A stretch of 64,000 bases of DNA from the IMG/VR virus record IMGVR_UViG_2061766007_000638; one strand, written 5' to 3'. Below, one piece after another: positions 1-11,327 of the stretch. Source of the stretch: an uncultured virus (IMG/VR IMGVR_UViG_2061766007_000638) (Duplodnaviria > Heunggongvirae > Uroviricota > Caudoviricetes). A program made the translations under genes and the position numbers. The notes under the pieces were generated by a model, which did no database searches, was not told the DNA's origin, and was given only the letters and a program-made list of their open reading frames with translations. Within the stretch, counting starts at the first letter, position 1. The number at the start of each line of letters is the position of its first letter.

Positions 1-54
1 CAGGTATCTTTTTGCAAAATTCTAAATATTTTTTTTATGAAAGGGGTGTCCTGT

Positions 55-519
55 ATGGGACGTACAAGAAAACCGATGTCCGAACAACAGGGACATCTCA
101 CCAAAGAACAGCAGACAAAGCGTTATACCGAACAGGAACTTGTCAGAACGGACAATCAGTATTTTCTCACTCCTCCCGAATGGCTCACCGATGAAACGGC
201 AGTCAAAGAGTATAAACGTCTTGTCAAGGCTATGAAAAATATGGATATGCTGGGCGATCTGGACGCTAATAATCTTGCCTGCTACTGCAACGCTTATTCC
301 AATTATCTGAAAGCTACAAGTCAGCTTACGGAGCTTGTCATTTCAACCGAAAAGGGACTTTCCGAAAATCCGCTTATCGCCATTCAGACACGATATGCAA
401 AGGAAATGAGAGATTTTGCCCGATTATGCGGACTTTCCATTGACAGCCGTTTGAAATTTGCCGCTGTAAAGCTCGATGATATATCCGAAACGATTGACAG
501 TGAGTTCGGCAGTATATGA
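55..519 (+). CDS. terS: Terminase small subunit (P27 family)
   Basis: PPEWL...LACYCNAY...NPLIAIQ...GLSIDSRLK motifs; overlaps terL start; ATG at 55 follows AGGGGTG RBS. Confidence 0.9.
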   Translation: MGRTRKPMSEQQGHLTKEQQTKRYTEQELVRTDNQYFLTPPEWLTDETAVKEYKRLVKAMKNMDMLGDLDANNLACYCNAYSNYLKATSQLTELVISTEKGLSENPLIAIQTRYAKEMRDFARLCGLSIDSRLKFAAVKLDDISETIDSEFGSI

Positions 520-2234
520 CGATAAAGCAGGAATTGATTTATTATGCAAAGGGCTGTATCAATGGGAAAATCATAAGCTGTACAAAGCATAAACAGGCTT
601 GTCAGCGATTCCTTGACGACTTGGAAAGGGCGAAACAAAAAGATTGTCCGTTTATCTGGAATGAGAGTGAAGCACAAAAGATTGTCAAATGGTTCAGCTA
701 TCTGAAACACTCAAAAGGAGTGCTGGCAGGTCAGCCGATTATTCTGACAACGGTACAGAAATTTGATTTGTGTCAGATATACGGCTGGCGGAAACGTAGC
801 ACGAAATACAGGCGATTCAATAAAGCCTATATGCAGAAAGCCCGTAAAAATGCGAAATCTCAGGAACAGGCAGGAGTTGTTTTGTATGAAATGGCTTACG
901 GTTCTACCAAAAACCATGAAGTCTATGAATGTTTTTGTGCAGGCACAAAGAGAGACCAGTCGAAAATTGTATTTCAGGAAGCAGCTTTAATGTTGAGAGG
1001 TTCACCGCTTGCATTGAAATTCAAGTGTTCCAAGGCTGAAATAAGCCATATCAAAAGCAGTTCTGTCTTTAAGCCTTTAAGCAAGGACGACAGAAAAAAT
1101 GGTGACGGTTCCAACCCTGCCGTACTGATACTTGATGAATATCATCAGCATACTACATCAGAGTTCTATGATTTGGCGATAGGTTCTAACACCAAAGAAC
1201 CGCTGTTAATGATAATTACAACGGCAGGCATTGACCTGAATGTCCCATGCTATACCGATGAATATACATACTGTTCGGATATTCTCAATCCCGATAAGCC
1301 CGATATTGTCAATGATGAATACTTTGTTGACATATTCGAGGCTGAACCAAGTATTCAGCTCACCGATGAAACGTATGATATGCTGGTTGAAATGTCCAAT
1401 CCGATAAGGGCAAGTTATCCCGAAGGCAGAAAAAAGATACATGACGATTATGTAGTGGCAAGGGCAGTTCCGTCAAAAATGACGATGTTCATGACAAAAT
1501 GTCTGAATGTCTGGGTACAGGCAAAAGACAACGGCTATATGGATATGTCAAAATGGAACAAGTGCAAAGTGAAAGAATTGCCGATTGACATAACGGGTAT
1601 GCCTGTTTATGTCGGTTTTGATATGTCTGCAAAGATAGATTTAACTTCCGTTTCTTTCATTATTCCGTTCCAAGACGGTGAAACGGTCAAATATATTCTT
1701 TTCACACATTCTTTCATTCCAAACAGACAGCGGTTACAGGAGAGAATTATCACGGATAAAGTCCCCTATGACGCATGGGAAAGAAACGGCTTTCTGACCG
1801 TCACCGACAGCGAGGTCATAGACCAAAATCAAGTAATGCAGTATGTCAAAGGATTTTGCGGAACTTTCAATTTAAAGATACAGAAACTCTGCTTTGACCC
1901 GTTCAATTCAACGAAACTCATGCTTGAATTGTCGGAAGAATATGACGTTGCAGAGGTCTATCAAAGTCACCGTTCCCTGAATGAAGTTACCAAGACTTTC
2001 AGAGAAGAAGTCTATCAAGGCAATATTATTTTCATGAATAATCCGCTGTTGAATTACGCTATGGGAAATGCCGTTATCAAGACATCGGGCGGATTGATCA
2101 AGATAGACAAGGATTCCAATAAAAAGCGTATCGATCCCGTTGATGCCACTTTGTGTGCATTCAAGTTAGCCATGTATCATGAATTTGATACAACAAGCTA
2201 TTCTGACGACTGGCTTGAAGACAATGAGCAATGA
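516..2234 (+). CDS. terL: Terminase large subunit
   Basis: ARKNAKS Walker A variant, ILDEYH Walker B, ITTAG, GFDMS and KRIDPVDA nuclease motifs. Confidence 0.97.
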   Translation: MTIKQELIYYAKGCINGKIISCTKHKQACQRFLDDLERAKQKDCPFIWNESEAQKIVKWFSYLKHSKGVLAGQPIILTTVQKFDLCQIYGWRKRSTKYRRFNKAYMQKARKNAKSQEQAGVVLYEMAYGSTKNHEVYECFCAGTKRDQSKIVFQEAALMLRGSPLALKFKCSKAEISHIKSSSVFKPLSKDDRKNGDGSNPAVLILDEYHQHTTSEFYDLAIGSNTKEPLLMIITTAGIDLNVPCYTDEYTYCSDILNPDKPDIVNDEYFVDIFEAEPSIQLTDETYDMLVEMSNPIRASYPEGRKKIHDDYVVARAVPSKMTMFMTKCLNVWVQAKDNGYMDMSKWNKCKVKELPIDITGMPVYVGFDMSAKIDLTSVSFIIPFQDGETVKYILFTHSFIPNRQRLQERIITDKVPYDAWERNGFLTVTDSEVIDQNQVMQYVKGFCGTFNLKIQKLCFDPFNSTKLMLELSEEYDVAEVYQSHRSLNEVTKTFREEVYQGNIIFMNNPLLNYAMGNAVIKTSGGLIKIDKDSNKKRIDPVDATLCAFKLAMYHEFDTTSYSDDWLEDNEQ

Positions 2235-2280
2235 GCAATGATTGCTGATTGCTTTTTTAATGTCCGAAAGGAGATATTTT

Positions 2281-2490
2281 ATGAATACCAAAGAGATAAG
2301 GCAGAAATTATTCGACGTAATAAAAGAAAAATCTACCGATTATGGCTTGACAGCAGGCGACATCAAAGACCTTGCCGAAGCCTATCATATTTTGCTGAAT
2401 TCGGAAATAATGTGCAAGGCTATGGAAAACGAATTTGCCGTTGAACAACGTGCAAATATTGTACCTCTGCCGCATATCGAAAAGGAGTGA
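2281..2490 (+). CDS. Small hypothetical protein between terL and portal
   Basis: AAGGAG RBS before ATG at 2281; 69 aa. Confidence 0.65.
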   Translation: MNTKEIRQKLFDVIKEKSTDYGLTAGDIKDLAEAYHILLNSEIMCKAMENEFAVEQRANIVPLPHIEKE

Positions 2491-2566
2491 CATTATGAGC
2501 CTGTCCGAAATTATGCAGTTCAGTATGTTCGCACTCAGCGGATATTATGAATAACGAGGTGTAAAC

Positions 2567-3808
2567 ATGAGCAAGAAAAATAAATCCCTGAAACTCCCCA
2601 ATATACGAGATGAAACTACATCAAGAACACTGTCGGAGTTGAATAGTCTTTTCGACAATTCCAATATACTGTCGTCTGTCAGTGCGGATAATCTGACAGC
2701 GGCTACTTATTATGCCTGTATGCTTATCCGCTGTAATGCCCTTGCAAAAATCCCATTCAAGATATACCGTTCAGACGGTGACGGGGCTGAACCTCTGCAA
2801 GACCATTATTTGAGGAATTTAATAAAATTCCGTCCAAATCCCTTTATGTCTGCACATGACTTTTTCTGGGCAACGGAATTTCAGCGTCTTGAATACGGCA
2901 ATGCCTTTTGGGTGTATGACTTTGAAAAGGGAAAAATAAAGGCATTGTATTTATTGCAGTCGTCAAGAGTTCGCATTGTGATAGATGATGAAAGCCTTTT
3001 CGGAAAGGAAAATGCCGTCTATTACGAGTACACCGACACCAAAAAAGGAAAAATTTATTATCCTGCCGATAAGATACTTCATTTCAAGAGTTTTGCCAAA
3101 ACAGGCATTGTCGGCACTCCCATGAAATACTATCTGCTTGATGTCATTTCGCAGGAAAAGTATGCACAAAATGTCGTTAAAGAGAGATATAAAAAGGGTT
3201 TGCAGGATCCGATTATCGTTACATATACGGGCGACTTGAATTCCGATAAGAAGTCCAAAATTCAAAAGAAATTTGAAAGCATGGGCGGTGTGCAGAATGC
3301 AGGAAAAGTGATTCCCATTCCGTCGGATTTCGATATCAAGACTTTACAAACAAATCTTGTTTCCAATCAGTTCTTTGAATTGAACGGCTTGACGACAAGA
3401 CATATTGCCAATGCCTTTGGAGTAAAGAGTTTTCAGTTGAATGACATGGAGAAATCAACGTATTCCAATATCACGGAACAGAACAAGGCTTTTTATTCCG
3501 ATACAGTTCAGAATGTTTTGACCTGCTATGAACAGGAAATGTCCTATAAACTTCTCACGACAGAGGAAAGAAATGACGGTATGTTCATAGAGGGCAATGC
3601 CGATGTGATGTTAAGGACGGATTTGCTCAGTCGTATGCAGGCATATACAACGGCAGTGGGCGGCGGTATCATGCAGATTGCCGAAGCCAGACGCAGAGAA
3701 AATCTGAAATTCATCAAAGGAACTGACCGTCTGTTAATGCAGAACGGGGCGGCGATATGGATTGACGATTTGGGAAATCAGTATAAAGGGGGGAAACAAG
3801 ATGAATGA
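2567..3808 (+). CDS. Portal protein, HK97 family
   Basis: RPNPFMS, GNAF, IANAFGV, YSNITEQ motifs; position after terL. Confidence 0.95.
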   Translation: MSKKNKSLKLPNIRDETTSRTLSELNSLFDNSNILSSVSADNLTAATYYACMLIRCNALAKIPFKIYRSDGDGAEPLQDHYLRNLIKFRPNPFMSAHDFFWATEFQRLEYGNAFWVYDFEKGKIKALYLLQSSRVRIVIDDESLFGKENAVYYEYTDTKKGKIYYPADKILHFKSFAKTGIVGTPMKYYLLDVISQEKYAQNVVKERYKKGLQDPIIVTYTGDLNSDKKSKIQKKFESMGGVQNAGKVIPIPSDFDIKTLQTNLVSNQFFELNGLTTRHIANAFGVKSFQLNDMEKSTYSNITEQNKAFYSDTVQNVLTCYEQEMSYKLLTTEERNDGMFIEGNADVMLRTDLLSRMQAYTTAVGGGIMQIAEARRRENLKFIKGTDRLLMQNGAAIWIDDLGNQYKGGKQDE

Positions 3809-4526
3809 ATACAAATTCACGGACAGAAATAAAAAGCAATGCGGCTATATGCGTATTGTTGATGAAGCCGATACAGACAGTGCAGAGTTATATTTTTACG
3901 GCGATATATGCGGTTCTCAATGGGAAACTTATTTCGAGGATAAAGCCCCTCAAGATGTCGCTGACTTCCTGCACTCCCTTGACGGCAAGAAAAAAGTTGA
4001 TGTGTATATCAACAGCGGCGGCGGTGATGTATTCGGCGGTATGGCAATATATAATATCCTGTCGAGGTATCAGGGCGAAACTGTCGCACACATTGACGGC
4101 ATAGCCGCCAGCATTGCAGGCATTATTCCCTTTGCCTGTAATAAAGTCGTTGCAAAGTCATCTGCACAAATCATGCTGCATAAGCCTTGGGCTTTATGTA
4201 TGGGGAATGCAGATGATATGAAGAAGTGCATTGAAACTCTCAACACTTGCGAAAAGTCTATTATTGACATTTATGCGGCACACGCTGTCAACGGCACTAC
4301 TCCCGAAAAGATAAAATCCATGATAGACCGTGAAACATGGCTGACTTGCGGTGAAGCTCAGCAGTATTTCAATATTGAGATAGAGCAGGGTGAACCTGTA
4401 CAGGCTTGTATCAGCGGTATGTATGACAGGTATAAGCATAAGCCCGATACCGTCAAAAATGACACGGCTAAACAAAAATTACAGCTTGAATTGGATATGT
4501 TTAAGCTGAAAAATAATATAAAGTGA
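3801..4526 (+). CDS. ClpP-type prohead maturation protease
   Basis: INSGGGDVFGG, IDGIAASIA, MLHKPW, ETWLT motifs. Confidence 0.93.
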   Translation: MNEYKFTDRNKKQCGYMRIVDEADTDSAELYFYGDICGSQWETYFEDKAPQDVADFLHSLDGKKKVDVYINSGGGDVFGGMAIYNILSRYQGETVAHIDGIAASIAGIIPFACNKVVAKSSAQIMLHKPWALCMGNADDMKKCIETLNTCEKSIIDIYAAHAVNGTTPEKIKSMIDRETWLTCGEAQQYFNIEIEQGEPVQACISGMYDRYKHKPDTVKNDTAKQKLQLELDMFKLKNNIK

Positions 4527-4537
4527 GGTACACTATT

Positions 4538-5701
4538 ATGACTAAAATTGAAGAAATGCAGAATAAACTTTCCAATCTCCTGACGAAAATGCAGGATTGT
4601 CTTGATAATGATAAACTTGACGAGGCAACCGCTGTAAAAGCTGAAATTCAGGCATTGCAGGATAAGATTTCCGCACAAGTTTTCATTGATGAAAGTATGC
4701 AGAACGGCTTTAAAACAAAGACCGCTCCCGAAAATGCACAGACAAAGCAGAATGCAAGCTATATCAGAGCCTGTCTGAAAAAGTTTGGCAATAAGCCTGT
4801 AACGGACGTTGAAAACTCTCTCCTTTTGCCGACATCAACGTATGTCAACGGTGCCAACGGTGAGGGTTACATACTTCCGCAGGACATTCAGACACAGATT
4901 AACAGAAAAATCCGTGAATACCGTTCTTTCCGTGACGTTCTCGGCTACATCAAAACAACTGCCCTCAAAGGTGCATTTCCCGTTGAAAATCTTGACAGCC
5001 TTGCAGGATTGGTTGACTTTGCAGACGGTACGGACGGCACTGTCAGCAATGACATTTCATTCACGCAGGTACCATTTTCACTTGCTGAAAAGGGTGCATT
5101 TGTGAAACTCTCCAATACTCTGCTTGCACTCACGGATAATGACCTTGTTGCCTATATCGTTGAGGTATTCGCAAAGAAAGCCGTTATCACGGAAAATGCA
5201 ATGGCAAAAGCCGCTTTGCAGTCAAATAAGACCGTTAAGACGCTTGCAAACTGGAAACAGCTCAAATCTTCCATCAATAAAGACTTGGATCCTGCCGCCT
5301 ATTTCGATACAGTCATTGTTACAAATCAGGACGGCTTTGATTATCTCGACAGTCAGCTTGACGAAAACGGCAGACCTGTTATGCAGCCCGATATTTCACA
5401 GCCTACTCAGCGTAGATTTATGGGCTATCCCGTTATCGTATTCTCCAATGCACAGCTTGCGTCAAGTGCCGCTACAACGACTGCCGCAGGATATGCACCG
5501 ATTTATTACGGTTCATTGAAAAACGGCTGTAAATTCGTTGACGCAGGATTGACAAGTTTTGCGGCATCAAGTGAAGCAGGCTTTATGTCAAATACCACTG
5601 TTGCACGTTTGATTGAATTTGTGACAGTCGTACAGTGCGACAGTTCGGATAAATGCTATTGTTACGGACAGTTGCAGGTTGAAGACCAGAGGCAGTCATG
5701 A
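4538..5701 (+). CDS. Major capsid protein, HK97 fold
   Basis: N-terminal coiled-coil delta domain, GYILPQDIQTQI, DENGRPV, FMGYPV. Confidence 0.93.
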   Translation: MTKIEEMQNKLSNLLTKMQDCLDNDKLDEATAVKAEIQALQDKISAQVFIDESMQNGFKTKTAPENAQTKQNASYIRACLKKFGNKPVTDVENSLLLPTSTYVNGANGEGYILPQDIQTQINRKIREYRSFRDVLGYIKTTALKGAFPVENLDSLAGLVDFADGTDGTVSNDISFTQVPFSLAEKGAFVKLSNTLLALTDNDLVAYIVEVFAKKAVITENAMAKAALQSNKTVKTLANWKQLKSSINKDLDPAAYFDTVIVTNQDGFDYLDSQLDENGRPVMQPDISQPTQRRFMGYPVIVFSNAQLASSAATTTAAGYAPIYYGSLKNGCKFVDAGLTSFAASSEAGFMSNTTVARLIEFVTVVQCDSSDKCYCYGQLQVEDQRQS

Positions 5702-5997
5702 TGACACTTACCGAAATGAAGTCATATCTGAAAGTTGATTTTAACGATGATGATAATGAAATCACGCTGATGATGAATGTTGCAAGGGAATATATCACTG
5801 ACGCTATCGGTGAATGTGATGAAACCATTGCAAGAGTACAGCTTTTAATGCGTGTCATTGTCGGGGAACTGTATGAAAAGCGTTCAATGACATTTGACAT
5901 GAACAGCACTAATGAAAAAGTGCAGTATGTGATACGTTCTATCATCAATCAGCTTTCTTTCTCATTTGGAGATGATGACAGTGAAGATGACAGTTGA
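5698..5997 (+). CDS. Head-tail connector (gp6-like)
   Basis: TLTEMKSYLKVDFNDDD...LYEKR motif. Confidence 0.88.
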   Translation: MMTLTEMKSYLKVDFNDDDNEITLMMNVAREYITDAIGECDETIARVQLLMRVIVGELYEKRSMTFDMNSTNEKVQYVIRSIINQLSFSFGDDDSEDDS

Positions 5998-6322
5998 CAT
6001 TGGCAGGCTTGATAAGAGAATCACCATACAAAAACGCACCGTGACAGCCGATACAAAAAGAAATCAGATACCCGAATGGACAGATTATTATACCTGTTGG
6101 GCGGCTGTCAACGGTGTTTCAAATCGTGAATACTGGCAGGCAAGAGAACAGCATGAAGAAAATATCGTCAATTTCAAAATCCGTCACTGCAATTCCCTGA
6201 AAAATCTTAATAAAACGGATTACAGGATTGTATTTGACGGCAGAATTTACGATATTACTTTCATTGACAATATTCTCTTTGCCGACAGCGTTCTGAATAT
6301 CAAGGGGGCGGAAAAGTTATGA
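5987..6322 (+). CDS. Head closure protein (SPP1 gp16-like)
   Basis: IGRLDKRITIQ...WAAV...RIVFDGRIYDI. Confidence 0.88.
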   Translation: MTVDIGRLDKRITIQKRTVTADTKRNQIPEWTDYYTCWAAVNGVSNREYWQAREQHEENIVNFKIRHCNSLKNLNKTDYRIVFDGRIYDITFIDNILFADSVLNIKGAEKL

Positions 6323-6711
6323 AAAGCGATTTGGCAGCGGATATTATGAGAGAAATTGAAAGCTATAATGAAGCCCTTGCACTTGAAATTGACAATGCGT
6401 CAAAGAGAACGGCAAAGAAAATCGCAAAAGAACTTTCCGAAACATCTCCCAAAGATACGGGCGATTATGCGGCAGATTGGGCGGTAAAGGAAGTTACAGG
6501 CAAGAAAAGATATAAATACCGCATGGGAACGAGTAAATATGTCGTGCATAACAAAGGGCATTATCAGTTGACACATTTGCTTGAAGAAGGTCATGCCACA
6601 AAGGGCGGTACTTCTAGAGTTCCTGCACAACCGCATATTGAACCCGTTGAAATGGAATATGTTCCGAAATATCTTTCGGCAGTTGAGGAGGCTATTCAAA
6701 ATGCAAAGTAA
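6319..6711 (+). CDS. HK97 gp10-like tail completion protein
   Basis: SPKDTGDYA...YQLTHLLEEGH...AQPHIEP. Confidence 0.85.
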   Translation: MKSDLAADIMREIESYNEALALEIDNASKRTAKKIAKELSETSPKDTGDYAADWAVKEVTGKKRYKYRMGTSKYVVHNKGHYQLTHLLEEGHATKGGTSRVPAQPHIEPVEMEYVPKYLSAVEEAIQNAK

Positions 6712-7018
6712 TCTCCTTACACTTTTGGAAAATGCCTTGCCCGTTGCACATAACGTCTTTTTGGAAAGGCAAACTCCCCCTTATCTGATATACCGTGACG
6801 GCGATTTTGATTTCACGACAGCCAACAGTAAAACCGTCCTGAAAAAAAGAAAAACCACTCTTGAACTTTACACAAGCCTTTCAAGTGATGTTGAAACGGT
6901 TGAAAATACCGTTGAAACTATCCTTGACGGCTTTACGACTTACGACAAAAACAGAACTTTTGACGAAAATCAAGGTCTGTATATAACATATTACTCTTTT
7001 TATGAGGTGATACAATGA
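6701..7018 (+). CDS. Putative tail terminator protein
   Basis: PPYLIY motif, ~105 aa, lies just before the major tail gene. Confidence 0.7.
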   Translation: MQSNLLTLLENALPVAHNVFLERQTPPYLIYRDGDFDFTTANSKTVLKKRKTTLELYTSLSSDVETVENTVETILDGFTTYDKNRTFDENQGLYITYYSFYEVIQ

Positions 7019-7106
7019 AAACAGNNNNNNNNNNTGACAAAAACAGAACCTTTGATGAAAATCAAAGTCTGTATATAACATATTACTCTTTTTATGAGGT
7101 GATACA

Positions 7107-7682
7107 ATGAAAACAGGTATTGTGAGAATCGGCTATGCACCGATTACATTCGGTACAGGTACCGTTACTTTCGGCACTCCCGTCTATCTGGCAGACGCTC
7201 AGGCAGGGGCAAGAGAATACAGTGCAGAACCCAAAGGTGATTTGCATACCGTCTGGGCAAATTCCGCTCTTGTCTATGCAGGTAATGCAAATTCAGGCTA
7301 TGACATTGATGTAACACTGATAGATATTATTGACGATATAGCCAAGTCATGGTATGGAGATGTATCGGCAACGATGGGAAGTACCGCAGGTGTCGCAGAG
7401 GAAGGCAAGGCAGTTGCAAGACCGCATTTTGCCCTCATTCTTTCGGAGGAAACAACGGACGGTACAGGCAAAACAACGGTATATTTCAACACTTGTGCAG
7501 GCAAAAAGCCCACTATGAACGGCAAGACCAAAGAGGACGGCGATTGGGACGACCAATTTGTTGAATATCATCTTATCTCCGCACCGCTTGAAAATCCGTC
7601 GGATAATAAAAAGTGGGTGAAAATCGAATTGCCGGGTACAAGTGAACTTGCCGCTGTATCATTCCCGACAATTACGACATGA
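7107..7682 (+). CDS. Major tail protein
   Basis: ~190 aa, FGTPV...RPHFAL; precedes tail chaperone and tape measure. Confidence 0.85.
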   Translation: MKTGIVRIGYAPITFGTGTVTFGTPVYLADAQAGAREYSAEPKGDLHTVWANSALVYAGNANSGYDIDVTLIDIIDDIAKSWYGDVSATMGSTAGVAEEGKAVARPHFALILSEETTDGTGKTTVYFNTCAGKKPTMNGKTKEDGDWDDQFVEYHLISAPLENPSDNKKWVKIELPGTSELAAVSFPTITT

Positions 7683-7691
7683 GGTGACTAA

Positions 7692-8295
7692 ATGGAAAAG
7701 ACCATTCAGATTGACGGCAAAAATATCAATTTCCGCTGTACTGCCGCAACTCTCAGACGATACAGAAACCAATTCAACAGGGAATTTTTGGCTGATTTAT
7801 CAAAACTTGTCAATGTGAAAGAAGATATGTCTGACTTTTCGTTTGAACCGTTTGAAAATGTCGTGTGGGCTATGGCAAAGACAGCGGATAATTCCATTCC
7901 CGATGTGCAGACATGGCTTGACAGCTTTACAGACTTTTCCGTGATAGACGTATTCACGCAGTTACAGGATATTATCATTAACTCTCTCAAATCAAAAAAN
8001 NNNNNNNNNTAAAAATATTACTTTCCGCTGTACCGCAGGAACTCTCAGACGATACAGAAACCAATTCAACAGGGAATTTTTGTCCGATTTATCCAAACTT
8101 GTTAAAGTGAAAGAGGATATGTCAGACTTTTCATTTGAGCCTTTTGAAGATATTGTATGGGCTATGGCGAAAACAGCGGATAATTCTATTCCTGATGAAC
8201 AAGCATGGTTTGACAGCTTTAAGGATTTTTCCGTTATAGATGTATTCACGCAGTTACAGGATATTATCATTAACTCTCTCAAATCAAAAAACTGA
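7692..8295 (+). CDS. Tail assembly chaperone (gpG-like), two gap-joined alleles (7692-7999, 8010-8295)
   Basis: MEKTIQIDGK...TLRRYRNQFNREF...AMAKTAD appears twice, with substitutions, across an N gap. Confidence 0.8.
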
Positions 8296-8594
8296 TATAC
8301 GGCAGAGGTAAAACAGACGGCAATTCACCGCCTTTACGTTCTTATAAACTGATGGCAATGGCTTATAAATGCGGTCTTACTTCTGCCGATTTTGATGAAA
8401 TGAATATCGGTTTTATAGTTGATTACATTCGGGAATACATCAGCAAAAACGAAAATGACATTGATGAAAAGTATATCAAGATGAAGAAAATACAGCCTTT
8501 GGTTGAAGAAAAATTCGGCAAAGGCGAATATCCGAAAGAAAAATATGATAAATTCATGGAATTTATACGGCTGTATGAAAGTGAAATGAGGTGA
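8292..8594 (+). CDS. gpT-like chaperone extension reached by -1 frameshift
   Basis: Slippery A-AAA-AAC at 8286-8292; -1 frame is open from 8292 into the 8352-8594 ORF. Confidence 0.75.
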   Translation: MIYGRGKTDGNSPPLRSYKLMAMAYKCGLTSADFDEMNIGFIVDYIREYISKNENDIDEKYIKMKKIQPLVEEKFGKGEYPKEKYDKFMEFIRLYESEMR

Positions 8595-8598
8595 TTTT

Positions 8599-11327
8599 GT
8601 GGGAAGTATTCATGGCATTATAATAAAACTCGGTGCGGAGGCTAACGGAATGCAAAAGGCTCTGAAAGATGTAAACGACAGAGCAAGGAAAACATCATCA
8701 GAATTGCGTGAAGTTGAGAAAGCGTTAAAACTTGATCCGAAAAATGTTACACTTCTTGCACAAAAGCATGAACTTCTTTCAAAACAAGTCGAAACTGCAA
8801 AAGAAAAACTGAACGAATTAAAAAAAGTACAGCAGTTAGTTGAAGAAAAATTCAAAAGCGGTGAAATAGGCGAAGAAATGTATCGTTCTTTTCAGCGTGA
8901 AGTTATTTTTGCGGAAAATAATTTAAAAAGCCTTGAAGAACAGCTTGAAGATACAAACGAGAATACAAAAGATTTAGGCGATAGTTTTGAAAAGTCTGAA
9001 AGTAAACTTGCAAAGTTCGGTGAAGTCGCTAAACAAGTCGGTCAGATGGCTTTACAGGCTTTCAAGGAAATGGCAGGACAGGCAGTTGATTTTTGTAAAT
9101 CTGCCGTTTCCGTAGGTCAGGAATTTGACAGCAGTATGTCACAGGTTGCCGCAACTCTCGGTATGACTACCGATGCAATTAAAAACAATGTCAACGGTGC
9201 AGGCGATACTTTCGATATGCTGAGAGAAAAAGCAAAGGAAATGGGTTCTTCTACAAACTTTTCTGCAAGTCAGGCGGCTGACGGTCTGAATACTCTTGCA
9301 ATGAGCGGTTACAGTGCAAAAGAATCTGTCGAAATGATAGAAGATGTTTTGCACTTATCCGCTGCCGGAAGTATAGATATGGCGAATGCTGCCGGTTATA
9401 TTTCGGGTGCTATGAAAGGCTTTAATGACCAAACAAAGACTTCTGCCTATTATGCCGATCTTATGGCAAAGGGTGCAACACTGGCAAATACCAGTGTTGC
9501 ACAGTTAGGCGAAGCTATGTCAAGCGGTGCGGCAGGTGCAGCGGCTTACAGTCAGACAGCAGACAGTATGACGGTTGCACTTCTCCGACTTGCTGAACAA
9601 GGGGACGTTGGTTCTGCCGCAGGTACGGCACTTTCAGCGGCTATGAAAAACCTCTATACACCGACAGACAAGGCAAAAGAGGCACTTGCGGAACTCGGTA
9701 TTTCCGCCTATGACACAAACGGAAAAGCAAGAGATTTCAATACCGTTGTCAATGAATTAAGCAAGGCTCTTTCAAAATATACGGAAGAACAGCAGAATGC
9801 TTATAAACAGTCGATTTTCGGTCAGCAGGGCTTGAACGCATATAATAAAATGGTCGTTACTGCCATTGATAAACAAAATGAATGGACACAGGCACTTGCA
9901 AATTGTTCAGGTGAAGCGGCAAATCAGTATAAAACAATGACGGACAATTTGCAGGGTGACATTGATAGTTGGAACTCTGCACTTGACGGCTTTAAAATTG
10001 AATTGTCCGATAAGCTCATGCCGACAGTCAGNNNNNNNNNNGGGTAAGACAGACGGCAATGCACCGCCTTTACGTTCCTATAAGCTGATGGCAATGGCTT
10101 ATAAATGCGGTCTTACTTCTGCCGATTTTGATGANNNNNNNNNNGGGTGAGGCGGCAAACCAATATGCAACAATGACCGATAATCTGCAAGGTGATATTG
10201 ACAGTTGGAACTCTGCCCTTGACGGCTTTAAAATTGAATTGTCCGATAAGCTCATGCCAACGGTAAGAGAGTTTGTACAGTTCGGTACGGAAAGTATGTC
10301 AAGCATTACAAAAGGCTTTCAGGAAAACGGATTTGACGGTGCTGTAGATGCGTTGGGAGATGCTTTGAATAACGGCATTTCAATGATAGTGCAGAAAATT
10401 CCGCAGGTTTTGAATGCCGCCAAAACGCTTGTCTTGTCGCTTGTCAAAGGTATTATTGACAATCTGCCCGAAATCGTGAAAGCGGCACTTGAAGTTGTCG
10501 TTGAATTGGCAAAAGGAATTGTGGAAGCCTTACCCGAACTGTTGCCGGCAATAGTGGAGTGTATTGCGACAATCACCGATACTTTAACAAGTCCGTCTAT
10601 GCTGTCGGAAATACTTGATACAGCCCTGAATCTGCTGATAACTCTTGCAGACGGCTTGATTGACGCTATTCCGCAGTTGGTTGACGCAACTATTCAGATT
10701 ATTGAAAATCTGATACGGTTTTTAGTCGAACCGCAGAATATTTCCAAACTTGTCAATGCAGGTATCAGAGTGACAATGGCATTGCAGACAGGTCTTTTGA
10801 ATGCCCTGCCGAAACTGGCAGAGGGTGCTTTGAAACTGGTGCTTGCCATCGGTGACACCATTGTACATACAGACTGGTTACAGGTAGGCAAAAATATTGT
10901 TGACGGCTTATGGAACGGTTTGAAACGTTCATGGGGCAGTTTGCAGGAATGGTTTAATAATGCGGTGAATGGTCTTGTTGACGGTATCAAGGGTTGGTTA
11001 GGTATTCATTCTCCCTCCAAAGTCTTTGCAGGAATAGGCGACTTTATGGCTCTCGGACTTGGTGAGGGTTTCACAAAATCCATGCTTGCAGTCAACAAAG
11101 ATATTGCCAATGCCATTCCGACAGACTTTGACATTGAACCCACAATCAACGGTTCATCACCGCAAAAGGCTCTGACTGACGGCAAGCCTGAAAATAATCG
11201 TCAGATTGTGTTTATGCTGAATATAGAGAATTTCTATAATCAGAACAAGCAAGACCTTGATGAAATCATGGAGTATGCAGGGAATTACTTTTCCGCTCAA
11301 ATGAAACGCAGGGAGGTTGTATTCTGA
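8599..11327 (+). CDS. Tape measure protein (TP901-like core), interrupted by gaps and an allelic fragment at 10032-10143
   Basis: ALKLDPKNVTLLAQK N-terminus, FDSSMSQV...FSASQAA core, LGIHSPSKVF C-terminal motif. Confidence 0.92.
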
